Shown: one piece after another, positions 1 through 14,765 of the stretch | Numbering within the stretch: the stretch's first letter is position 1 | How the letters are laid out: the number at the start of each line of letters is the position of its first letter | Source of the DNA: Eledone cirrhosa | Lineage: Eukaryota | DNA length: 64,000 nt | Reading direction: 5' to 3' | Assembly (NCBI GenBank): GCA_964016885.1 | Contig: OZ024746.1 | Location: forward strand, 35,588,001-35,652,000 | Notes under the pieces: model-generated | What the model saw: the letters and a program-made list of their open reading frames with translations, nothing else | Databases searched by the model: none | Told to the model about the DNA's origin: nothing | Program-made: the position numbers and the translations under genes

Positions 1-310
1 AATTTACAACCAATGAAACAGTCATCAAAGAAAAAATACGTGGGTATGACACAAGATGTGTTTAAACAATGGTACCATTCTCATATCATGCGTTTCAAAC
101 GCTAGGATAGAGAACAGCTATGTGTTAGGAAAATCTTGTGTGGGAACTGAAAGATAAATCTACACCGTACGTGATTATATGAAACCGGCTGGAGAAGAAC
201 AAATAGATGTTCACCTTAACACAGTGAAAAATTATAGCTATTACTGGGGCTGAAATCTTCGGATAAATACCCAAAGATAAACTGGAGTTATTTAGACGAT
301 GCCTACATAT
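1..310 (+). pseudogene. Degenerate GIY-YIG endonuclease 3' fragment of a Naiad-like Penelope element
   Basis: Manual translation across stops/frameshifts: KYVGMTQDVFKQWYHSH...F, VWELKDKSTPY, LELFRRCLH. This parallels YVGSTSTEFKLRYNNH...F / LWQLKLDNVRY / NLFSCCKH of the ORF at 47450. Confidence 0.65.
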
Positions 311-748
311 AAAATAAAATATCCTTGAAACATGAAGGAATACAGGCCAAGGCACACAAATCACCATTATTGTACACCAGCTATAGTTCCCTGTATTGGT
401 GTCAGGACTAAACTCACATCATACTGCACCCAGACACATATACCTACAACAAGCTATACACAGGCTATACACATAACACATGCATTTTGAAACAAATACA
501 TACAGTACTCCACCTATATTTAAAATATACATATAAATACACACTGACATTACTTATACTTTAACAAATAAAGGTATAATTACATTAAACAAATATAAAC
601 ATACAGGCACAGGAGTTATTCCACCTGAATAACAAGAACACCAAATGCATTATTACATTATTACTACATCCCTTTAACTTGACGTGAACTCATGTACATA
701 ACGTCGGGCATATAGGCATAGTACAAAGGATAAGCAACCCTCGCAGAT

Positions 749-1318
<570 letters not shown>

Positions 1319-1333
1319 TATATACATACATAC

Positions 1334-1375
<42 letters not shown>

Positions 1376-1407
1376 GTATATATATATATATATATATACA
1401 TACATAC

Positions 1408-1440
<33 letters not shown>

Positions 1441-1447
<7 letters not shown>

Positions 1448-1633
1448 TTTCAAAAAATTTGATATCAATGGCCTGTTTCCAAGGTTGTCACATTGAAATA
1501 TATATTGTGAATTAATGATATAGCGTGGACATGTTTTGAGGAATGAATCTTGTTACTCAACATGGAGCCTGCTTAGTCGTAGTTTCTGGGATATTTACAT
1601 CTCAAATGATATTAAATTCTTTGAAACACCCTG
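1441..1633. mobile_element. Tc1/mariner-type MITE
   Basis: TIRs tagggtatttcaaaaaatttgatatca ... tgatattaaattctttgaaacaccctg, flanked by TA; CAGGGTGTTTC-type end. Confidence 0.75.
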
Positions 1634-1654
1634 TATATATATATGTATATATAT

Positions 1655-2937
1655 AGTATTAAGGATACTATTTATGGTTATGTATATACTCAAACTTTTT
1701 ATAGTTATATATATTTTAAACCCTAAACAGTGAAAGACAGTAATGTATTACTACCTTATTACCAGTAAGATAAATAGCTCAATGTAATAACATCAGTTGT
1801 TCTACAGAGCAGTTATATAGAATTCATAGGAATCAAAGTTATGTTCAAACCATTTATTAGCTTACAATTGTTTCTTCCAAACCGAGCCTTGTAGTCTTCG
1901 GAGCATTTTCAATGTTTGTATACATACATGACCTCCTTTCCAACGCAAGAGACATACAGATAAATAGGCATATATTGATGCACAGTGGGGTGACATATAT
2001 TATATTATTTCTGAATGGCAATTTAAATTCAAAAATTCAAATCATATTAAAACATATTAAAACAGAATCAAAGCAAAATTAAAATTAAAATACAACATCG
2101 GCAGTTAACGTAGATAATGCAAGAGGATAGTTTGTTAGTCAGTTGTAGTAGTTATTGTATACATTAGTTACACGTGGGGCATGCACGTGTGTCTTATTTA
2201 TATATGGTTATTGTGCAGCAGGGTGTTATATACAATACAAGCACTTTAAGTGGGTAATTAAGAGTATTATGGAGGGTGTAGTGGTAAGGTATTTTGTTGT
2301 GTATGATAAAGAAGCTTGTGTGCAGAGAAATAGTATAATTGAGAAGTAAAATAATGTTATGGTTTTTGTATACACCACGATTTTCACAATTCAGGAAACG
2401 TAATATTTAGTTTGTATGTCCTAAACATAATTAACGATGATTCCGTATTGGATGTTTGATGTATTAAGTTACATTATTATAGCTTGCTGTGGCTCAGTGT
2501 TCTTTAACCCAATTTTATAGAGCAGGTTGTTTCTGTTGCGAGAATTTACATCGTTTTATTATCCGGAAGTATGTGTGTGATTAAGGGAGTTATTGCGTGA
2601 GGGGTGGTAACTAGCTGATTTCTATAAATAAATTTATTATCTACGTTAACTGCCGATGTTGTATTTTTATTTTAATTTTTCTTTGATTCTATTTTAATAT
2701 GTTTTAATACGATTTAAATTTTTGTAGTTAAATTGCCATTCAGAAATAATAATATATGTCACTCCACTGTGCATCAATATATACATATGTATCTGTATGT
2801 CTCTTGCGTTGGAAAGGAGGTCATGTATGTATACAAACATTGAAAAATGGTCCGAAGACACCAAGCCTCGGTTTGGATGAAACAATTGTGAGCTAATAAA
2901 TGGTTTGAACATAACTTTGATTCCTGTGAATCTATAT
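1655..2937. mobile_element. Fold-back PLE remnant: ~300-bp arms around a decayed spacer
   Basis: 1814-2118 is the reverse complement of 2636-2937. Hammerhead-like motifs with CCGAAGA core and CAATTG stem III at 1860-1904 (-) and 2849-2893 (+, GUG triplet, likely dead). The spacer weakly resembles a Naiad CxC zinc-finger region on the minus strand. Confidence 0.75.
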
Positions 2938-2952
2938 GTTTATATATATATA

Positions 2953-3044
<92 letters not shown>

Positions 3045-3073
3045 CATATACATATATATATAAATATATATAT

Positions 3074-3184
<111 letters not shown>

Positions 3185-3765
3185 CTGCTAGGGTTGCTTA
3201 TACTTTGTACCATGTCAAGATATATATACATATGTATGTTAATGGTAAACAGAAATAACAACAAAATCGGTACAGTATATGGAAGGTATATATTATGTTA
3301 ACGCTTTATATAGCAGGAAGACGATATATATATGCAAGAAATTTAAAGAATGCAATATTAAAAGAGAGAAAGGGGAAAAGAGGCATATATAAGCGATAAA
3401 GTAGTAAAGGAGGCAAGATAAAAGGATAGTAAGATGTCTAACAATAGAGGGAGAAAGAACTTGGGGGATGAGTCTGAAAGAGAAAAACTACTGAGATAGA
3501 GAATGCCAGAAGATTAATGAATAATCGATGAAAGATGTAAAAGAAGGAAAAATGCATGGATCAAGAAATAATAAATCTACCGATGGAGGAAGAAGGAAGA
3601 AAACATGGGAGAACGAGAGTGTAATGGGTTGATACTGGAGTATGAACCGATGAAGAAAGGAGTATTGAAGAAATAATGGACATGGAGTTAGAGGGGTATT
3701 GGAGAAATGAAGATGTATAATCAATGTTTTGAATAAGGAAATGAGAATGAAACTGACATGAAGGG

Positions 3766-3878
<113 letters not shown>

Positions 3879-4336
3879 GCAAAAGTTCTATTTAAAATTG
3901 TTGGGATACAACAAGTAAATATTTTTTATAACTGATATAAAGCACTCGACAAATATTTGGAGTAGATATACGATATTAATAAATGGAAACTATATTTATA
4001 AAACCATATTTATTTCATTATACACATTTCAGGGATACCAAATTAAATTATGGTATGCCTTCATCAGACAAAATACAATATATAACAGTTTTACAAATAA
4101 GCTTTGACGTACCCTATTAAAATGCAACCATTATTTTTGGAAGTCATCCGGTCTATCCGGATGACTTCCAAAAACAATGGTTGCATTTTAATAGGGTACG
4201 TCAAAGCTTATTTGTAAAACTGTTATATATTGTATTTTGTCTGATGAAGGCATACCATAATTTAATTTGGTATCCCTGAAATGTGTATAATGAAATAAAT
4301 ATGGTTTTATAAATATAGTTTCCATTTATTAATATC

Positions 4337-4339
<3 letters not shown>
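3879..4339. mobile_element. Fold-back mini-element derived from the 3' end of the Naiad-like family at 46.0-49.7 kb
   Basis: Arms ~3968-4151 / 4157-4339 are almost perfectly complementary (5-nt loop tctat); tail 3879-3967; sequence matches 49480-49690; (TA)n both sides. Confidence 0.9.
4233..4297 (+). ncRNA. Minimal type I hammerhead ribozyme (mirror copy 4011-4075, minus)
   Basis: tattttgt-CTGATGA-aggcatacca...tggtatccct-GAAA-tgtgta-TA-atgaaata; 8-bp stem I with G:U pairs, AUA triplet. Confidence 0.75.
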
Positions 4340-4395
<56 letters not shown>

Positions 4396-5211
4396 TGTGT
4401 GTGCGTGAGTGTGTGTATGGGTGTGTCTTTGTGTGCGTAGAGTGTGTGGCTGTGTGTGTGTGAGAAAGATATATATAGAGATACATGTGGAAGGAAAAAG
4501 AGGAGAAATAGTAATATTACAAGGAGGAAGAAAAGAGCAAAGACAAAAGGAGTATTGAAAGCGTAGAAATAAATATATAAATTAATGAACAAAATAGAGT
4601 AGGGTGTAGAAGTTACGGAAAGGAAGAAATAGTTTGTAACATGCGTTTTTACACTGATGTATTAATTGATTTGAAGCCATCATATTAATTTGCACAACCA
4701 TCCCCACTATCAGTGTCCTACAGATTTTAAATAGAATAATGTAATTTTTTGGAATTCTATTCAAATTTTTATTAATAGCTTTTTGCTTTAAGGAGGAAAT
4801 TGCGACAAAATCCGACATTCCAACCAGACCTGTAATGGACGGATTGTCATATCATTCACCATGTTCTTTCCTCTTTATAATCTGTTTCATGCTCAATGCT
4901 CCTTCTCCCCTAAGACATGACCGCCAGACTCTTTATTTTTTCCATTTCTCTTCCTGCTACACTTTAACGTTTTGTCATATTTATACAAATCTCGCTTTCT
5001 TTCGCTGACTGTTTGAATACAATTCCCCATCGCTTACACAAATATCCCATTCACCACCCTTTCCCACGTTTTACACCAGTCTTCTCTCATCTCATATCAT
5101 TCTAATATCTCCTATCCATTACTCAAGCTCCATACACTATGTTAGTCTCTCTCTATTTCTGTATTCTGCCTGTCTCTTTCTGTCTCTCTCTCTCACTCAA
5201 TCTCTCTCCCC

Positions 5212-5212
<1 letters not shown>

Positions 5213-5291
<79 letters not shown>

Positions 5292-5308
5292 ATATCTATC
5301 TATCTATC
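5213..5308. repeat. (TATC)n microsatellite
   Basis: Direct reading. Confidence 0.95.
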
Positions 5309-5309
5309 T

Positions 5310-5683
5310 CTTTTTTTCAAATATCACTTTGGAAGAAGAATCAGGATGGAGAGAGAGGTGCTGTACCCCAGCAAGTTTTATGAAAGGTGGGTGAAAGTGG
5401 CGAGAATGGCCCGAGTGAATGGGCCTTCTCTCTATATCAGCCTGTAGGTTGAGGAAAAGGAAGAGGAGAAGAAAGGAGTACAAACTCTTCGTACTCCCGG
5501 AGATGAGGGTTGCACATTTTTTCGGGTGTACGTGTTACCCATATAAACTGTCTCCCCCTATTGGAGAAAATCGACTAATTTTTTAAATTGCATTTATGAT
5601 AACATTTTACACGTTTTTATTGTATGTAAACTTCCCCCTTTGTATTTGTCCCCTTCTTTTGTGCCCCTGTGGCTAATAAAGAA
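5310..5683 (+). mobile_element. Probable 3' end of an L1/Tx1-clade LINE
   Basis: ORF tail FFKYHFGRRIRMEREVLYPSKFYERWVKVARMAR, then a UTR ending aataaagaaa; bounded by (TATC)n on both sides. Confidence 0.4.
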
Positions 5684-5686
5684 ATA

Positions 5687-5721
<35 letters not shown>

Positions 5722-5759
5722 ATAAAATGAGCTCTATCAACTAAGGCAGGGGGAGCAGG

Positions 5760-6480
5760 AACTGTGCAAAAGAAGGTCAATGAGATTGCGTGCGCGCTTA
5801 AAGTGGTGATGGGTGTATTAGGAAATAAACGAGAATTGACGTGGTCAGAAAATTGAGTTCGGAAGCAATGAATGTTACGGCATCGCAGGGGTAAAGTAGG
5901 GGATAGTAGGTGGCGTAGGCTGCTGATGGCTAAGTAAGCTTTGGTGTGGTCAGTACTACGTGTGCGGGTAAGGGCTGCTTGGATTAAGGTGGGAGGATAT
6001 TCACGCTGGATGAAGCGAAAAGCCCTGCATTGAGACTGGATCTAAGTCATGATCCTTACCTGCAGAGGCGACGAAGTCGGGGGAATTAGGAATAGCGTAT
6101 GGTGATATTGCAGTGGGTCGTTAGGGAAGAGGTGAAGTTAATGTGGGTGTGTGAATCAGTAGATTTGTAGAATATGGAGGTGGAGAAGTACATGATACCG
6201 AGAAAGTATCAGAGGCGGAGGGACTGTGGTGGTTAGGTGCGTCGTGCACAGAGTCAATGTCGGGGAGAGATATGGAACGGGGTTGATGAAAGAGGGATTC
6301 GTAGGTGACGGGATAATAGGATTAGGGCTAAAGATAGGGGGCGCAGTGACTCGAGTTTGTGTTCCTTAGTGGAGGTGAGAAAATTGAAGAAGAAGTTATT
6401 GAGATGGAGGGTGAATTGATCTATTGATTGGGTGATGCGTGTGCGGCAAGAAAAGACTGTAGAAACGCAGGCTTTCTTGA
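5760..6480 (-). pseudogene. Decayed Penelope (Neptune-like) RT thumb region
   Basis: Minus-strand translation: STSIFYKSTDSHTHINFTSS..TH CNITIRYS*FPRLRRLC and IQREYPPTLIQAALTR, matching the PLE Y-K-TD...YL-F-S-HP...IPYSQFLRLRR motif. Confidence 0.7.
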
Positions 6481-6960
6481 GATCTGGGTCGAGAGAATGG
6501 ATCTAAGAAATAAGAGCATGAGAAACATTCGATTCAAAATCAAGAGATCTTACACAAAATAGAATTTAATAATATTAATTGTGTTGTTGCTCAGACAGTC
6601 TCAGACTAAGTCACTTGCCAAAGAAGTACAAGTCCAAAATCGCAAATATAATTTTACACAGATTTCAATAACATTAATATGTACAACGCTGAAGCAATAA
6701 AGAACATAAAGTGCACAGATTATCACATGATATGGCTGAATTAGTTTCTCTCGACATCACACTGACTTTCTCCCCTAGTTCCACCCTCTCTCATCACCCC
6801 TTCTTTCTTTCTTTCTTTCTTTCTTTCTTACTTTATGTATTTATTTCTTCGTATTTATTTCTCTCTATTTCTCTCACTCTCTCCCTACACGCACACATGC
6901 ACACACATAAATATATATACAATAATGAGAGAAGTTGACTAGAAAAAAAGATATATAGAT

Positions 6961-7024
<64 letters not shown>

Positions 7025-7480
7025 GTAGATAGATAGATCGATCGATAGATAGATAGAAAATGTTGAAAATGTGATAAAAATTGTGAAAAGTGTTAAAGAA
7101 AAAAATGATATGAAAAAAAAAAACACAGCTGATACCACTATCACCAGTAGTGCAACTACCACCAACCACCGGCCCCTCCACCACTAGCGCGCCCATCATC
7201 ACCGCTGCCAAGATAACCGTCACTTCCACCAGCTCCAATACAAGCCAAAGCTACAATAGCAACACAAGAGAACAAGATCAACAATACCATGCTACAAATA
7301 GCAAATATGTCTCTGTTAAAGCACACTCAACCGCCTTTCATAAAATATAACATCACGTTAAACCATGCAGTCATTGATATAAAAAAACGACAGCTGCGGG
7401 CAAGAACGGAACATCTTTGACTAAAATAAGCCGGGGGCTAAACAGCTACAATACCAAATTCAAAACTGATCCTTATCCTT

Positions 7481-8076
7481 AACAATGGGTTCTGATTTAG
7501 GCACAAGGCCAACAATTTTGAGAGAGAGGAAAGTCAATTAAATCAACACCAGTACGTTACTGGTACATTAATTTATCGACTCCGCGAGGAGAAAAGGCAA
7601 AGTGAACCTTGGAGGGATTTGAAATGAGAACGTAAAAGCTGTAACTCTATGCTGCGAACCATGGCGTCCAACGCTCTACCTTTACTTCCAGCCCACCACA
7701 CTATCCTTAACTTTAAACTTACATAATTATTTCTACTTTTAGCACAAGGCCTGCATTTAGCCCCGAGCATTACCGACCCCATGAGGGTGAAAGGCAAAGG
7801 TAATCCTCGGCGGAATTTGGACGAAGGTGGAAAAGACCCATAACTCTATGCTGCAAAGCAGGGTGTCTGGCACTCTACCGATACTACCAATCCACCATCC
7901 TTATCTTTAATAATTGTTTCTACACAAGTGTATTACTGGTACTTTATTTAATCGACCCCGCAAGGATGAAAGGCAAAGTCAACCTCGGCGGGATTTGAAC
8001 TCAGATCGTAAACGGACGTAACTATGCTGGAAAGCATGGCGTCCAACCCTCTACCGACACTGCCAATCCACCGCCT
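7481..8076 (-). mobile_element. Three head-to-tail copies of a tRNA-derived SINE with Deu/Nin-like central domain
   Basis: Reverse complement shows A-box-like tggcagtgtcggtag, B-box gagttcaaatccc, and gactttgcctttcatcct..ggggtcgat..aaagtaccag; copies ~7481-7705, 7724-7900, 7908-8076. Confidence 0.85.
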
Positions 8077-9446
8077 TTGACTTTAATAATATCATACGAT
8101 CAGGTCTCATCAATAAGATCGGTTTGGAAAATAGCAACAACAAATGCAACACAAACAATAAGAACAGTTGCATCAGCCAACACAACAAGAGCAACAACAT
8201 AATAAACAAGCACAACAATAACAAAGAAGAACAGCAGCACAAATAACAGTAATTTCTGCAACATTATGTTGGCTAACTACAACAATGTATTAAAAAGAAA
8301 AGCTACATCAATAATAAACATGGAGAAATATAAATATACTCTCTTAATGCAACTTCAACCACAAGAACAACGCATTTTCTGAGGCTACATACCCCACCAT
8401 CACCATAATAATAACACTACACAAAACGAAAGAAAACCTTAATGCAGTAATAACAACAATAGAAATAACAACAATGAAATTGAAATTTCGTTTTAAAATT
8501 TTCGCAATATTAAAGGTTGAATAATGATCAAAGTGAGATGGAAAAATATTTCGATCTCAATTATATGTGATGGTTTGTGGCACTAGTGGAGGTAATGGCG
8601 GTTAGGATGATCTTACTGTTTACGGTAATGGTGATGGAGATTACGGTGCTGATGTTGATGGAACTGATAGTGCTGTTGCTATCAGCAAAGCTGGTGATGG
8701 TGCCGGCTGTGTTCTTGACGATTGTTGATAATGATTTTGGTGATTGTGTTTATGATGATGTTAGTAGTGTTGGTCGTACTGGTTGTTATATCGATGATGG
8801 TTTTGTTGTTTGTGGTGATGGTCTAGATAGTTGTGGTGTTTGTTGTGATTATGTTGGCAGAATTGTTAGCAATGGTGCTAGATGTGATGATGGAAATTTT
8901 AATGGTAAATATTGCTGCTATTTCTAACAATTTACGTGTCTAGTCGGAGAGCCTGTTTTTAAATCCTGTTATTGATTGTTGGAATTTGTGGTGGTATTAT
9001 TCATGTAGTGATCGTGTTGGTGGTTCTTGATTAGAATGGTTATGTTGGTGAAACAACCATGGAATCGATGATTGTATTGTTGAACATGTTGGTATTGCTG
9101 AGAATGGTCTTATGTTATCTTTCTGCTTGTATTTTTGGTGGGCTTTATGATTGTATGATTGCCGCTAATGTTTATCTTGGTATAAGTGCTGTGTTACTTT
9201 TCTTATATATTCTTTGATCAGTCTCGATCGAAAAGAAATTCATCACAAGTGTATTGTTTCTAACTAAAATCACATATTTATTTTCTTTGGCTATAATACG
9301 TCTAGGACTCCATTAATTGTTGTGTACATTGCTTTTTTGAAAAAAAACAACAAAACAAACCCTTTAATCTAATGTGTTATAGGTCGAAAACAAATTGCTA
9401 AATCACGCTGTTGGTGCGTATAGGATAGAATGTAGCGATCCTAGTT

Positions 9447-9637
9447 ATAATTGTTTCTACGCTAGGCACAAGGCCAGCAATTACTCAGTGCATTACTGGT
9501 ACTTGATTTTATCGACCCCGTAAGGATGAAAGGCAAAGTTAACCTTGGCGAGATTTGAACTCAGAATGGCAAGGGCCGTAACTATGCGTCAAAGCATGGC
9601 GTCCGACCCTCTACCGATACTGCCAATCCATCGCCAG
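9447..9637 (-). mobile_element. tRNA-derived SINE, same family
   Basis: cacaaggccagcaatt...atcgaccccgtaaggatgaaaggcaaagttaacc...atttgaactcag...ctaccgatactgccaatcca. Confidence 0.9.
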
Positions 9638-10299
9638 TTATAATGGATTACAATATGTTATAGCAGTAGGGCATGTTGGTGGAACTAGCGGTTCTGTTAT
9701 GGTGCTGTTCGTATTTTAGACAAATGTCAACGAGGATCTAATGCATTTATCAGAGTCGTTATTGGTATAATGATGTCCAATAGTGATGTAATGCAAGTGG
9801 TATGAAACGATTGCTGATGGTTTTGCTGTAGTTTTATTGCATTTTCAGGTGGGAGTTTGTTGCAATTTAGTCAACTTATACTACCAAATCTAGACTAAAA
9901 GGTTTTCTATCTTTGTTCATCCAACACGGTCGTGAAAACAGCATAAACTTTCTTAATTCAATTGTTGTTAGTAATGGCTTTGTTTATCATTAAGTCAGCC
10001 TAGTCGAATCTGGGTTTTATATGGCTGAGATATGATGATATTTCTAAGAGGTAGAGCTTTCAAGTCAGATATCCATTTCAAGATCTTACAAAATCCTGTA
10101 ACATTCGGTGACTTATACTTAATACATTTTCAGTTGAAACTATTGGTAATGGGAAGGCTTGTTACTGGAAACATCGGAAGTACGTTGAAGCTGTAGTATT
10201 GAGATTCAGCTATTACATTCTAATTTTGAGTCTCACCTATGGTTGACTTTGCTTGTCATGGCAGTGCAAGCAAAGATGTTGTTTAATCCCAGGTTCACA

Positions 10300-11270
10300 T
10301 TATGATCAAATCCAAATTATAGTCTTGTATATTTTTGTTTATTTACAGTCATTAATGTGAGAAATAATACTGACTGGAACCTATCTCTATCGGAACCAAT
10401 TCCCACTTTATGTATATCATCTGAGATTGAGGTAAGATAATATAACCCATGCCTACTCGTCCATTGTTTAAATCGTATACTGATACACCGATAAAAATGG
10501 TTAAATGGAGAATCTTGCAATACAAAGTTATCTTCTGAACTTAAATGTTTTCTTCCATAATTTATGGAATAAAACCATCAAACAGCTGTAGAATTTTATT
10601 GCTTTCAGAAGATTAGATCTCTCATATCTAGGTCCTTCAAACGTTGGGTCAATAATTCGAGCTAGAAAATATTTAGCAATACTTCAAGTGTGTATCGTCG
10701 AGGACTACCTATTTTCCATTTGATTGTGCTAGATTTCTTGTAATCATATCTCTTAAACGTATATTTCCTTTCCCTGCAACCAGTCAGGATTAGGAGGATT
10801 ATAGAAAAACATCAACGAAAAATAAATAAATATATACATAAATAAATAACAATAAATAACGCAAAAATAAAGGTCACAAATATAATAAAAAAAAATATGA
10901 AGAATGTCTAATTTATAGAGACAATCCCAATGAAAGGTATCGAATGTTTCAACCAAGTAAAATTTAGAACATAATCAGATATAAAATGCTAAATTTGGAT
11001 TTGAAAAAATGCATTAGCAACCTCATCCTTTCCGTTTCTTGAAATTTTAAAAATATTTTCTTCTAAGAAGCATGAAATCAAGAGTTATTTCTGAAAAAGA
11101 AATGCAACAGAGAATATTATAAAAAGAGCAAAAATAGATATGATACTAAATTCACTATGTTCACCATTTCTATTCCGCTGCGCAATCGTTGATTTATTTG
11201 TATTGCTTGGATGGCATGTTGTCATGTAACGGGGAGAGAGTTGCTTAAATCTCACAAGAAATTACAGTTC
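10300..11270 (-). pseudogene. Highly decayed L1/Tx1-like reverse transcriptase
   Basis: Only faint motifs: LVETFDTFHWDCL (cf. DxEKAFDxVxWxFL), DLSNSLPVT (cf. DLxNWRPIT), GSPRRYTLEVLL...ELL in the expected order. Confidence 0.35.
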
Positions 11271-11599
11271 ACTGAAAATATATAGCCTCTGTAATATAAA
11301 ATAAATAAAATAAAATCACAGAAAATAGCAGAGAATAAGCTACTTTATTGACATCCTAACGCTGGCTATAGACAGAAATATTACAGTAGATATATCACCA
11401 AACTCAAGTAAGACCTTTTTAAAGAAAGAAAATATAAAGAATAACGAAAGACGAAACTAAAAAAAACAAAATATAACATAATTTTATTTTATTAATTCCT
11501 TCTACTCAAGCATCTAGATGAAACGATTAGTTTTCGGCAAACCAACATTTTCAAAGTATAATATTAATAGTAAATCAATAATTGTTTGTATTGTTGTTA

Positions 11600-11810
<211 letters not shown>

Positions 11811-12910
11811 GAAAGGTTGCTTAATTTGACACACATGGCCGGCATCAAGAAAACATTAAGAACGACACATGATGGTAGAGAATGACACAAAGAAAATTTT
11901 GAATGCAAAACTGTTTTATCAAGAAAGCATCAGACACGACCAGAAAAAAATGAAACGAAAGAAAGTTCTCCAATAGTATCAAACGTCCCATTGTCACTTG
12001 GGGAAGAAAACCAGCGAACATCTAAGACATTCTCAGTCATCCATGCAGCAGGTGTTACCAGTAGATTGATAGCATGAATAATGGAATGCGCCCCTTTCAC
12101 AAGAAACGAAAGAGCAGATACTTAAATGGTAAAAGAATTGGCCCGGGACAAAGCAGGACAGTCAGGTGGTAGTAGATAACGCAAGCGGTGAACTCATTCT
12201 TTTCTCTGCACGATCTTGCTGATAGAGATTCCTGTCTCCCAGTTTTTGTCTAACAAAATCAGACCCCGAATAATTTAACCGACCAGACCATCCAGTCTCA
12301 TCGACGTTTTCTAGTTAATGTGTTTCTCGCCACATGCCATTTGAGGTAAAATTGAGAGGGAGGAGGTACATACATATGTTATCTGTGAGATCGAGATGCG
12401 TCTGCGCCCCACGTTCGTGATATGTTTTCACGAGCAAACGAAAGTGTGGATCGTCCACGGGGTCATTTCATTGAATCTATGGTCCGGACCATTTTTATCT
12501 TTTAATTCTGTTTACCACTAACATGGTTGATTTGTCCTCGTCGACAAGCCAAGGAAATAGTTTTACTTGGGTCACACTGATCGTTACTAATCGTTGGCCA
12601 TTATAGTATAGCACAAGAATAAATCCCTCACTAATAGCTGCGTTGTCGATGACATGATGCCGGTTTAGTTTGTGCACATTCTGGATGGTCTGTTTAGTGG
12701 AAGTGGCAGGACTTTTCGCTTCCATGGTTATTTTCTTCTTTTGAAAATTAAGTCTGCGATTTAGAAATGAATGCACAATATTAGGCTAATGGTAAATGTT
12801 ATTTATGCTTTGGGACCAAAATCAAGAAAACTATTTGAAAGGAAGTGAAAAGCTAGAAACTTACAGGACTTACAGGCGAGGACTCGTAGACGTGTGAAGG
12901 AATATAGCCA

Positions 12911-13308
12911 ATAATTGTTTCTATTTTTGGCACAAGGCCAGCAATTATCCAGTACATTACTGGTACTTTATTTTATCTACCCCGTAAGGATGAAAGGCAA
13001 AGTTAACCTCGGCGGGATTTGAACTCAGATCGTAAAGGGACGTAACTATTCTGGAAAGCATGTCCGACCCTCATGTCCGAATATAACCAATAATGGTTTT
13101 GGATTTACGCAGAAGGCCAACAAGTTTGGTACAGGGGAAAATCGATTAATTTGACCGCTGCACGTTACTGTTATTTTAATTTATCGTGTCCGTGAGGATG
13201 ACAGGCAAAGCTAACCACGATGGTATTTAAAGTCAGAATGCAAAGAGCCGTGACTCTATGCCACAAAGCAAGTTGTCCATCGCTCTCCCGATGCTGTGAT
13301 TTCAACGT
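12911..13308 (-). mobile_element. Two tandem copies of the tRNA-derived SINE
   Basis: Same core at 12960-13030 and, more diverged, at 13165-13240. Confidence 0.8.
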
Positions 13309-14336
13309 CTAGAAGAATGCTAATAATGTGAAGAATAAAACAAAACATTAGGAATTTTCGCTCTGCATTTGTAGCTGAACACTATAATACAACTCAAACA
13401 GCAAATAAAAACGAAAAAACTGGCGAATTATTCAACGAATGACAGAAACAAGGAGACGAATCCACAACACATTTCAGTGAAGATAATGAGTAGTGGATAA
13501 CAAGTTATTCTAAACTAAATCAAAAACAACGATATATACACACGAGTTAAGAAATCTCTGCGTCTTATTTCGACTTACAATAAAGAGTAAACGTATATTA
13601 TCTCACTCAAATGACATATCAAATTATGTATATATTAAATCACTAAATAGGACTTTACATAACGTATTTGAACTTATTCGCATAATGACAGGAGCATAAC
13701 ATCTGGGATACTTTTGATAATAAATATACATCAGTGCAGACCCGGAGATAAGATACAATTATTGTACACTTGAAATATGAAACGGGTATCTTTTAGAAGT
13801 ATGTCTATTTATTATGTAAATTATCCATTAGAGAATTGTTAACACGTTATACATATTTAAAATGGCGCAACCGTCCATACTTTATTATATACATAACTTT
13901 CCTTTTAACAGTGATATGAAGACATTAATGCATTAAGTAATTAACAATTTAATCATGCCTATAGCTATATATTAGTTGATATAATAAATACTAAAATCGT
14001 TATTCAGATCAAGTTATTATAATACAAACACATGCAAGACATATATACATATATATGTGTCTGTTTGAGTGTATGTATGGATGTATATATATATTTGCGC
14101 TAATTTTGCATTGAGTGGTTATGGTGCAGCGTTTCGATATTTTGTGCAAATTCATTTGTATATATATATTTATATACAGAGATATGTAAATTACAGATCG
14201 CACCGGTATGTGTGTGTGTGTGTGCGTCTGTGTGTGTCTGTGTCTGTATGTGTATGTATGTGTTCATAAATGGATCCTTGGAGTAACGTTATTCGACAGG
14301 GCGATCATATATATATATATATATATATACGTATAT

Positions 14337-14765
14337 ACTAGACCTGAAAAATGCGCAAACTCAAAAGAGCCACAGAATGTTATAATAAACCTTCAAAAGT
14401 TTGGGACTAGATTTGTTGCTCAAAAATATTGTAATCATTATCTATCGTACACTCTGAGGCATCCTTTTATAAAAAAAGAGACTCATAGCAAACTCAAGAT
14501 GACACGATAGTTATTTAAGCTAATGTTCAATATCTCATAGTAGATGTTTAGTAATGATTAATACGAAATGCACTTAAACCGAGTTCTATATTATAAATTT
14601 ACTTAAATAATTATCATGTCGTCTTGAGTTCGTTATGAGTCTTCACAGAGTGTACGATAGATAATGATTACAATATTTTTGAGCAACAACTCTAGTCCCA
14701 CACTCTTGAAGGTTTATTATAACATTTTGTGGCTGTTTTGAGCTTGAGCATCTTTCAGGTCTAGT
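14337..14765. repeat. Fold-back element, ~170-bp arms, adjacent to (TA)n
   Basis: 14337-14519 is the reverse complement of 14602-14765; no convincing hammerhead read. Confidence 0.85.

Noticed and set aside
6939-9200. Hydrophobic or Thr-rich ORFs resembling membrane or mucin proteins
   Set aside because: Degenerate trinucleotide low-complexity sequence without splice or domain support.
11820-12900. Possible old RTE remnant on the minus strand
   Set aside because: Motifs too eroded to call without a search.
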